A stretch of DNA of 64,000 nt from Octopus sinensis (Eukaryota), in contig NC_043002.1 of NCBI RefSeq assembly GCF_006345805.1, forward strand, positions 78,306,001 through 78,370,000. The letters are read 5' to 3'. How positions within the stretch are numbered: position 1 is the first letter of the stretch; each line of letters starts with the position of its first letter. The translations under genes were made by a program, and so were the position numbers. This document shows, piece by piece, positions 54,049-64,000 of the stretch. The notes under the pieces were generated by a model. It made no database searches, was not told where the DNA came from, and worked only from the letters and a program-made list of their open reading frames with translations.

Positions 54049-55559
54049 GGCGGACTGGAGACCCATCAAGCTTCTCCCACAATACCCTGCACGCGTGTCT
54101 GCGCGCGCAGCCTATTTCATTCAACCTCAGACCTATTAACCGGCGGGAGAACAATTTAACTATATTGTGAGTCTTAGCGTTGGGCTAATAAATGTCGCGA
54201 TTTATAATTACATTATTTTTCTGTAAATATACACTTCGGAAAGCTACCATATAAAAATATAGCTGGAAAAAAAAAAAAGAGACAGAAAAGCAACCTGTAA
54301 AAACTAATATCTGAAAGTACTTCATAGAGTGTTGGCGCTTACTACCACTACTGTTTACGTTTTACGCATGTATGAGTTGCTTGGCTGTATTCCTTTAAAT
54401 TTTGCGAATTGTTTACTGATTGTTTACTATTTCGATTTACTCTGGAATTATCTATTACCTTCTCACATTACTATACTTTTTGTTTGAATAATTGTTTTTA
54501 ATTCGATCTGCGTTCGTTCTGTTGTTACTATTGAAGCCTGTTATTTTGTTCGCTGTTTTGTCTTTGTGTATCATTACTCGCAACTAGTAGTAACTTCTGT
54601 ATTTTACAACATAGTAAAGCATTTCCATCCCATATTCAAAATAATTACGTTGTTTGTAAGTTTATCACAGAAGGTTAACTATGCCTTACACCTTAAATTG
54701 AAATCGACGCATTTGTTCAGTGATAGATTTGTTTATATTTACGTTCCGTAACCAAGTTCGAAATATACTAATAAACGACAAAACTAATTATTATTAATCA
54801 TATACGTGTAATTAAACATATACACACAATAAAGTCACTTGTGGAAATTGAAATATTCGTGTTCTGTTTTTCTTATTGTTGAACGTTATTTAAAAAATTT
54901 ATTTATATCTAATTGTTACGTAACGGTTAACCCTAATCTTTTACTCTACACACACGCATACGTAGCATGAATGGTATTACTGGTTTCGACACAAAATAAA
55001 AGCAGTTGATGCTTTAGGAGAAACGTAACTGCCACAAATTTGCTTCAGCTGTAATATATTTATAGCCAGTTTAGATCGTAAACATTGTAACCAGCTGAAT
55101 GAATTTTGTCAAAAAAAAAAAGTTACTTTTAATTTTAAAATATTTCTTCTATGTAGTTGGATTGTCGTAGTTATGTCGTTAAAAACGTTCTGACAAAGTT
55201 CAAAAGAAAATGAAAAACTGTAACAACAGTTTACAGAAAGCGAGTGAGAGAGAGTACATATTTATAAATTGCGTGTGTGCATGTTTATATCTGAGCTAGA
55301 ATCTTAGTTGCTGACAAGACAGACACACGTACACAAAGTTTTTCTATGTACGCTCGCATCTCATCCTGCTGCTTTCTGTCGCTCTCTTATAGGTCATATA
55401 GAATGAAAGTGTGTCTGTGTGTGTGTATATGTGTATGTATATATATCTATCCATCTATATATATACACACATACATATGTCTATGTGTGTACATTTGTGT
55501 GTTTGGATACAGATAAATATATTTATGCATATGTATGTATATAAATATCAACAGTGACC

Positions 55560-56080
55560 TCGAAAACAGCTTCCAAATGGGTCATGTCAATTTTTGTCAC
55601 CTTCACTAGTAATGAAAACAATCATAGAACATCAAGACAACGTAGCACCTCATCTACTCTGTAAACATGATCAACTCGCATTTAGAACCCTTTCCGTCAC
55701 TTCAAATGCCAGGCCTCACTGTCACTAAAGTATCTCTCCTGACACAGCCTTAACATAGCTAAAACTACATCACAAAAACCGGCCTTCCTCATGAGAACCA
55801 GAAAGTACTTCTGTCCCCAACAACTAACCACTAGCCGTTTACTAAAGCTCAAGTAAAACCCATATCAGTACTGCTCCCACGTCTGGGACTACTGCTGTCT
55901 ATATGGAGGCATCCTAAACTGATTGGCATGAAATCTCTCACAAATATACAACTTCTGACCCATAGATACACTGTCTCCTCTCTGCCTTTTCTACTGCTAC
56001 TATAATAACAGCTGCTCCTCGGAACCGGTGGGTCTCGTGCCATCTACTCTCATCACCAGAGTTGCTAATTCAGCCTGCAA
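55560..56080 (+). mobile_element. Decayed CR1/L2-group LINE fragment (post-RT region)
   Basis: Frameshifted translation gives FLMRTRKYFCPQQL..., KAQVKP..., YCSHVW and LTHRYTVSSLCLFYCYYNNSCSSE..LVP, resembling the LYKAQIRP.LEYCSHIW and L.HRR.VASL.LFYRYY motifs. Confidence 0.65.
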
Positions 56081-57717
56081 GTAACGGATTGCGCTACTTT
56101 TTTAAAACAGCGCTTCTTTTTTCTTGTTTTTTTTTTCGCTAAATTAAAAAAATTTTTTAATTTTCAAAATTTCGGTAAATTTTAAAATTTTTAAGAGTAA
56201 TAAATTTTTTTTTAAATTATCAACTTTATAAATCAGAACCAACCTAGAAGTAGTACGTATTGTACGTACATATTTTATTTACTAGGAAAATTTTCATTTT
56301 GGGCTATTTCAAACTCGGTGCACTACTTTTTGAAAATTTTGTGCTACCTTTTATGATATTGATATGTCAACCCCGCTACCTCCCACCCCCATCGTGTCTA
56401 TTGTCCAAGACCCTTCAGTAACCACTACAAGTTCTTCCTTCTCAGAATGGCCCCTCACTGGGATTTCCTTCTCTGCACATTTTTCCTAAAGCTATCAACT
56501 TGCAGTTGATAGGCGGAGCGTTAACATCAGTTTCACCAATATTGAAGTACCTGTGGAGATCAAGAGTGCTGATTCTTCCTCAGGACCAAACCAAAATAAA
56601 AGGTGCTCCATCATGCTTTTTGCGATGATGGATAAAACAAACTACACACACATATATATCATCATCATTGTTTTAATGTCCACTTTTTCATTCCCAGTAT
56701 GGGCTAAACAGATTTTTCTACAACTGGATACCTTTCCTATCACTAACCCATATCTGTTTCCAAGCAATGTAATATTTCCTCGGAGCTGGACATGTTTTCA
56801 CTCGAGATTGGAAACAAACAATACATATGAAGGCAATGCTCATTTACATTCATGCATATGTGAGTGTATACACACACTCTCTCTCTCTTTCTCAGTTATA
56901 ATAAAAGATTAAAACAGGAACTTTTACATTGCAGCACCTCCAATCCTTTCACTACCATGCTTGTTAAGAAAGATTGCTATCCATCACTCACTGTTGATAT
57001 ACATCACTCTCTTTCACTTACTACCATTACTCTTCTATCAACCTGTCTCCATACTATCACTCTCTCTTCCACCATGTCACTCTTGATGTTTTTTATTCAA
57101 TCTCTTTACCAACAATTAATGTGTAGCTGCCACTCATTGTTTTTCTCTCATTACTATCTCCACTTTCACCTTCTTACTCCTACATTTCTATTTCTTCATA
57201 ACTTTTTTTCTATCACCCTCTTGACTCAGATCTCTCTTCTATTCATGTTCTTGAGCAATCAGAAACAGTATAGAGCCTTTTCTGAGACAAGGTAAGCTCT
57301 CTAATACAGCCACAAGAGATGCTCTCTAAGACAGTCACAATAAATGAATCTAGTACACTATATAAAGTGGGTGGGAAAATTAACAGAGACAGTGTAGGAT
57401 AGAGAAAACCACTCCAGTCTTGCTGAAACTAATACAACCTCTCTAGGTGCCATAACAAAATGCATCCAGTATACTCTGTAAAGTGTGTGACTTTAGGAAA
57501 GGCATTCAGCCATAGAAACCATGCAAAAATGCGATTCGTGTGCAAGCCATACTTCTCCAATGTGTTACAAGGGAAATCATTTCAAGCAAGCACTAACTCA
57601 GACTGTGAGGGCTCATCCAACCCATGCCAGCAAAGAAATGTAAAATGATGACAGTGATGATAAATGTGCTACAAGACTCTATTGTCATCTGGGAAGTAAT
57701 CATATTCAATATTTCTC

Positions 57718-58104
57718 ATTTTACTTGTTTCAGTCATTTTGACTGCGGCCATGCTGGTGCACCGCCTTTAATCGAGCAACTCGACCCCAGGACTTATTCT
57801 TTGTAAGCCCAGTACTTATTCTATCGGTCTCTTTTGCCGAACCGCTAAGTGACAGGGACATAAACACACCAGCATCGGTTGTCAAGCAATGCTAAGGGGA
57901 CAAACACAGACACACAAACATACATGCACATACATATATATGACGGGCTTCTTTCAGTTTCCGTCTACCAAATCCACTCACAAGGCTTTGGTCGGTTCGA
58001 GGCTATAGTAGAAGACACTTGCCCAAGGTGCCATGCAGTGAGACTGAACCCGGAACCATGTGGTTGGTAAACAAGCTACTTACCACACAGCCACTCCTGC
58101 GCCT
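57718..58104 (-). mobile_element. Near-intact SINE, family B (head AGGCGCAGGAGTGGCTGTGTGGTAAG)
   Basis: tRNA-like head with B-box GGTTCAGTC, an internal TG/TA microsatellite and a ...GACTGAAACAAGTAAAA tail. Several homologous copies occur in the window. Confidence 0.85.
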
Positions 58105-58109
58105 ACTAA

Positions 58110-58660
58110 TATGTGGAGAAGAAGTAGATAGGAATTCCAAATGGTACATCCACTATAAATTATAGCTGCACAAGAAATACAGTGGCAGGCTGATGAAATA
58201 CACATGGTGTGGGGTTGTTATAGGAAGATCATCCATGCAATAGACTTTTCCAGATGCTTAGAAGGCCACATAGCAGTCAAGAGCTTCTGCTTCTTAGGTG
58301 GCCTTATTAGCAGTGGAAGGTGATGCTCCAAAAGCATAGAATCCTACATAAGAACAGAGTGGAAAAAAGTTCAGACAGCTTTTATTTCTGCTGGCAACAA
58401 GATTCTCTCTCTAAACAAAGGCCAAGTTGTATGATACTTGTGTATAGCATAAATGGTGATGTTGAATGGTTACAAAATATTGGCAGTGAATGCTGAGGAT
58501 GGACAAAGATTGGAAAGAAATAAAGCTAGTTTGCTGTACTGTATGTGTAATGTCAGCAAGCATGAAAGTCAAAAGCACAAATAAGCTGAGGAAAAGACAT
58601 GTAGTGTGCAAGAGAGAAGTTGGTTAAAAAAAAGTACCGAGTAGTTAAAAGTAGACGGTT
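58110..58660 (+). mobile_element. Decayed RTE LINE fragment (same family as 10021-10723)
   Basis: Nucleotide similarity to the reverse complement of about 10050-10470 (e.g. AGCTTCTGCTTCTTAGGTG...TTGTATGATACTTGTGT). Many stops. Confidence 0.65.
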
Positions 58661-59589
58661 CAGGGAGGCAAGCTTCTTGTATCATTCCCAATGAAAATGA
58701 TAAAAACCTGATCTTAACAGGCTGAACCTCACAAAGGATAGAAATAATAGCTGAATTTTTTCCACTATGTCAACTGCCTTCTCTGCTAAGTAAGTTACCT
58801 AGATGCCCTTCTTGTTGCCAACCCTCATTTGTTTCCAAGCAAAATAATGTTTCTCTATGGTTGATCATGTATCCATGGAAGACTGGAAATGCAGGACACT
58901 ACTTGTATGATGGTGATACTCATTTATAACTGTCACATGATGTCAAGACAAGGAGACACAAACACACACACATATATACAAATATGAAGGGCTTCTTTCA
59001 GTTTCCATCAACTACATCTACTCACAATGCTTTTGTTGGCCCAAAGTGAAAGTGAAAGGTTCCATACAATGGAATTGAACCCAAAATCATGTGGTTGGGA
59101 AACAGACTTCTTAACTTTGGAACTATGCAAGCACCTTACTATGAATATATGTGTACATGTATATATTGTATATATACATGTATGTGTGTTGTGTAGGCAG
59201 TGTTTTGGAAGCCCATCAGATAGTCTAGATGCCACTGAACCTCTTAATCTACCTGTTATACTTGTGTCTCTTTTTTTTTGTTTGTCTTTACACTGTGTTA
59301 CACCATCCTAGCCAACCTACAAAAGTTGAAATGAAACATTGACTATAGTGATTTTACCAGTCAGGAGAAGGAAGGTCTACAAAGGTCGTAGATATAAATA
59401 ACCCTTCTCTTTCCAATAAATGATTGTAAGACTCTGTGATACTATATGCTTTTTTTTTTGTACCAAAATCAAGATTAAGGTTAGAGGTACATATATAACC
59501 CAAGCTATTAGGCTGTAAAGTTATCCTTCACCAACTTTTATTATATAAAAATGCAATGATGTAATAAAAGCTTTATTATTTTATAGTTT

Positions 59590-60665
59590 ATTTCTCATTA
59601 TTATGCCTCAATATAAAGCAGTAAGCTAGCAGAATTGTTAGCTCACCAGACAATTTGCTTAGTGGCATTTTGTCTGTCTGTATTTACATTCCACCAAGGT
59701 TGACTGTGCCTTTAATCCTCTTGGGGTTGATAAAATAAGTACCAATTGAGCAATGTAGTTGGCTTAGCTCCTTACCCAAAATTACTGGACTTTTGCCAAA
59801 ATTTGAAACCATTATCATACATCAATATAAGGTGATGAGCTAGCAGTATCATTAGCATGCTGGGCTAAATGCTTAACAGCATTTCATATGTCTATAAATT
59901 CTGAGTTCAAGTTCCACCAAGGTTGACTTTGCTTTCCATCGTTTCAGGGTTGATGTAACTGACATACTCTGACCCCAAAATTTCAGGCTTTATGCTTATT
60001 GTAGAAAGGCTTATTATATATGAAGGCATTGAGGCATAGTGGCTGGGTTCCTGTCAAGCGCTGGGCCTGATGGAGGCAAATTGGTTGAGTTCCTTTCAAG
60101 CTTTGAGCCTCATGGAGACAAAATGGCCAAGTTCCTTTTAAGTGTGGGCCTCATAGAAGCAATGACCAAGACCTTTGGAATTATATCGTGCTTGAGAAGA
60201 AGACCCATCAAGCTGAGTAAAATCGCAGTCGTAGCAGACACCGGTGTCACGCAAATGGCACCCATGCTGATGGCACGTAAAAGCACCCGTTACACTCTTG
60301 GAGTGGTTGGTGTTACAAAGGGCATCCAGCCATAGAAAAACATGCAAAATCAGATTGGAGCCTGGTGCAGCCTTCCAGCGTGCCAGCCCAGTCAAACCGT
60401 CCAACCCATGCCAGATGTTAAATGACTACGATGATAAATATGAGTTAGCATGCTAGTAGATTTGTAACTACACTGCACAAAATGCTTAGCAGTATTTCTT
60501 TCAGTTCTTTATATTCTGAGTTCAAATGTTGCTGAGGTCTACTTTGCCTTTCATCCTTTCAGGGTTGATAAATTTAGTACCAGCTGAGCACTGGGATCAA
60601 AGTGAATGACTTCTCTCGCCCATCAAAATTGCTGGCCTTGTGCCAAAATTAGAAAGGATTATTAT
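59590..60665 (+). mobile_element. Three family A SINEs with an RTE 3' fragment (about 60025-60435) among them
   Basis: Family A core at about 59630-59810, 59830-60015 and 60445-60665. The middle block matches the RTE 3' end (GGCACGTAAAAGCACC...CCAACCCATGCCAG) and is preceded by three degenerate repeats of about 40 bp. Confidence 0.7.
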
Positions 60666-62619
60666 TTCTCAAAAAACTGTATATAAAGTAAATTGTCAAA
60701 TCCTGATACATTGGATAATAGATTATTTACCCTTGTATCTGTTGGGCAGTACTGCATGTTACATATGGTATTATGAAGTTTCTAAGGCAATTCAGATCCA
60801 AAAACTGATGTTCATATACAAGGGGATGCTTTATTAAGCATAAACTTTTGCCATAATATAAAAAAAAATTTTCAGTTTTTATTCTGACTCTCAAGAAAAT
60901 GGTAAATCTGTTAGCTGTTAGGCATAGACCTTACAAATGTAATATAGTGAGCTGAAAAAAACCCTCAGCCAACTGAGATTGTCTGAGCAATTAATGGAGA
61001 AAAATACCTTCTTAAGATGCTTAAAAATTTGAAAACAATAAGCAAGGGAGATAACTGGCAGTTTTGCTCTTTCTAACGATTTCTTTCTCATAGTTTCAGT
61101 CAATCTACCTCAACCATATTGTTATATAGCTACTAAAAACTTAAACATGAAACTTGGACACTTTTTTAAAGAAAAAAAACCTCAGAAAACTTATTGCATT
61201 TAATACGTTAATGCATATTAATTGCTTTAGATGCTTTTAAGGTATCATATATAAGTTTTTCCATCACAACTGAGAATTATATGGATATATATGTGTGTGT
61301 ATTTAGGTGTGACTGCAAATGACATCATCAACATCATTTATTTAGTGTTCCTCTTTTCCATACTACCTTTCTGCATTCATATACATGCATACACGCACGC
61401 ACGTGTGCGGATTCACACAAATGTGTGTGTGTGTGAAAGTGAACTAAAATAAAAGCATTGTCCCACATCATATTTATTCTTACTTATAATATAATTCATG
61501 TAGATGAAACCAACATTATCATGAATACATAACCAAATGATACAATTTCATAAAAAAAAAAAGCCGAACAAGTGGGTACCATCAGAAAATCCTACATGAA
61601 GTAATCTTTCTCCTTTATTCAGTGAATATCAGTGAAATAAATAGTGGCTTTATATTAGTTCTTTGTTGTGAGGATTTCCTGTCAAACTGGTGTGTTACAA
61701 TAACTATAGTTCTTTCCACCTCTTATGGCTTCATTACAGAGGAGACTAACTTAGGTTTATTATTTCTTAGTCTTAAATCTTTATTGTTTGTTAATCATTC
61801 TATTCCACACAAACTTCTGATCTGTCTAGCTAATATCTTGCTAAAATTGCTGATGGGGGCCTTTATGTGACATTCTGCTTGATTGAAATAGCAGCAAAAT
61901 TTCTTTCAAACCTCATTCTTTTTTGAATGACTATACAAGATAACCTAGTCCTGGATATAACATGCCCGAAAAGTTGGGATTGTTACAGCTGGAATACTGG
62001 TTGAGTGATGAAAATTCAACACAGAAAACGCATATATAGGGCAAGTTTTATCTGTGGATTGTTGAATCTTTTCTTTGACAAAGGTAAAAACTATTGAATA
62101 TATAAAGATCATCAGAAATCATACCAGTCGGCATTCACTTGAAAATGGTTTTAAATCTTACCACAGGGCCAGTAGTTTTTGTGGGGAACGGGAAGTTGAT
62201 TACACACACCCTGATACTTGATCGGTACTTATTTTATCAATTCCAAGAAAATGAAAGATAAAGTTGACCTTGAAAAAATACTTGATAATAATAGCTGCAA
62301 AGATACAACAGCTGTGTACTTAAGGTATTGGACTAATCACCCAATGGTTACAAGTTCATATCTTACTACTGCCACTGTATTGTATTGCTAGTCTTTTTTT
62401 TAGCTGTTTTGCCTGATTGTTCACAAACAACTTTATACTTTCAAGGTTGTTGTTACGTAATCCTAGGTCATCTTTCATTGAGCAGATATAGAATTAAAGA
62501 TATTCCAGTTATAACCATCCTACTTTTTTAGAGGATATCTTCTTTCCACAGATGGTACATAAGGCTTCTTTTTTCTCTGTCTGTCTGTCTCTCTCTCTCT
62601 CTCCCTCTCCCTCCCCCTC

Positions 62620-63310
62620 TCTCTCTCTCTATGCTGCTCTGTCAATGGCTGTGGGTTGCACCTGGTTCTATGTTCCCATCTATCAACCCATTCCTCTTTT
62701 TTAACTGTTCTTCCCCATCTGTTCTTGGTTCTTTTGTGCTTCCACCTTCCTTTAGGGGTCTGTGCTATGTCATGGCTCTTATACAGTTGTTGCAAGGATC
62801 TTTCCTAGAATTCTAATTCCCTGTGACAAATTGTATCCATGGACTTACAAGTGGTGTAATCAACCCCTGAGCTTCCTCTCTGCTTTCATTCAAGTGTGTC
62901 ATGCTTCCTCTTTCCAGGTTAGGAACCACTGCCACTTCAAAATGTTGAGGATTCTCCTGAGTGTTTGGAGATTTTGTAATCTGAAGTATTTTTCAGAATC
63001 AGATGATCAACCCTAAGCTCAAAGAGGGGGTTGTTTTTTTTATTGGGGTTCTTTTTACTGAGGCGATTGCACTGCTTCCTACACTCATAAGCTTCATCTG
63101 CATGGGATTCAAAATCAGTTTCTTTTCTGTAGTAGGTTTTATGGTTCCTCAGCCTATCCAGCTTAGCCTCACTCTTCTCAAAAGGTAATGTTGAGAGCTA
63201 GTCTTAATATCATGCATGTCACTTGCACCCATGCTGTGTTAGTCTTGGCTGAGGTTGTCTCCACCCTGGTCTGTGTCCTGGGAGAACTTCCACATTGATG
63301 TGATGTGCCA
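62620..63310 (-). mobile_element. Decayed RTE-like LINE fragment
   Basis: The minus strand gives ...LQTLRRILNILKW..., resembling the CLRRILNI.W motif of RTE ORF C-termini. Heavily interrupted. Confidence 0.45.
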
Positions 63311-63334
63311 TAACCAGGAATATACTATTTGACA

Positions 63335-63378
<44 letters not shown>

Positions 63379-63436
63379 CGGAGATGTACTTGCATAGCAA
63401 GTGACCTGATCTGAGATTGTGTGCTGGAATGAAAAC

Positions 63437-63688
63437 GATTGCAGCATGGAAGGTGTTTACAAGCTATTTAAGAAACACACAAAAACCGTTAGATTCACTT
63501 CAGCATTTAAATGTAATTTGTCAGAATATTTTCGTCGCTTTGAGATCCAGCACGGAATTTTGTCAGTGAACAGGTCGCAGTCTCAAAGTGATGAAAATAT
63601 TTTGACAAATTAAATTTAAATGTTGAAGTGAATCTAACGGTTTTTGTGTGTTTCTTAAATGGCTTATAAGCACTTTCCACACTACAAT
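63437..63688. mobile_element. MITE-like element with long imperfect TIRs
   Basis: TTTAAGAAACACACAAAAACCGTTAGATTCACTTCA...GAATATTTTC is mirrored by GAAAATATTTTGAC...TGAAGTGAATCTAACGGTTTTTGTGTGTTTCTTAAA. It sits between two (TA)n tracts. Confidence 0.75.
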
Positions 63689-63754
63689 TATATATATATA
63701 TATATATATAAGTATGTATGTATATATATATATATAAATATATGTATATGTATG

Positions 63755-63806
<52 letters not shown>

Positions 63807-64000
63807 CAACAATTGAGGGTAAAATTAATTAATTAATTAATCAATTTCACCAAGTATTCAGTATGCAAAGGGACCATTTAAGGCGAATTCAAATTATTAC
63901 ATTATATAAAAGGGCTTAGTAAAATAAATTACTTTGCCGCATACTGAACTCGTTAGAAATAGCAGCTAAAAAAACTTTTTATAAAACTATTTCTAACACT

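Larger units (their letters stand above)
50400..56500. promoter_or_regulatory. CpG-retaining (probably unmethylated) promoter region of EPC
   Basis: CG dinucleotides are visibly common here and rare in flanking non-repeat DNA. A GC-rich core with the palindrome ctgcgcgcgcag lies at 54099-54110, just upstream of the leader. Boundaries judged by eye. Confidence 0.6.

Noticed and set aside
56864-57295. 143-aa ORF, the longest in the track
   Set aside because: CT-rich low-complexity sequence with no recognisable domain or convincing exon boundaries.
1-64000. CRISPR array or prokaryotic operon-like system
   Set aside because: The DNA is eukaryotic. The repeated units are degenerate SINEs with irregular spacing, not identical repeats with unique spacers.

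Overview
AT-rich, microsatellite-dense animal DNA. The SINE/LINE families resemble those I recognise from octopus genomes, so an octopod cephalopod is inferred, not verified. The only protein-coding sequence I can support is the first coding exon of an Enhancer of Polycomb homologue (EPC1/E(Pc); minus strand, 53679-53831, 51 codons, canonical GTAAGT donor). I found no recognisable exon 2, so 1-53678 is probably one very large first intron. It is filled with tRNA-derived SINEs, decayed RTE, CR1-like and R4/Dong-like LINE pieces, a non-autonomous Helitron, MITEs and microsatellites. A CpG-retaining zone (about 50.4-56.5 kb) marks the promoter. Main leads: (i) stacked uORFs in the putative EPC 5' leader, with a possible antisense exon across it; (ii) a composite insertion at 37.2-37.7 kb, where a full-length 5S rRNA copy is fused to a SINE 3' tail and joined to a 56-bp inverted copy of nearby DNA, and a putative 5'ETS-18S fragment interrupts the host SINE; (iii) a candidate 183-nt poison exon; (iv) hairpins and palindromes that could form dsRNA or cruciforms. 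The other supplied ORFs look like chance or repeat-derived frames. All alignments were done by eye, and repeat boundaries are approximate.
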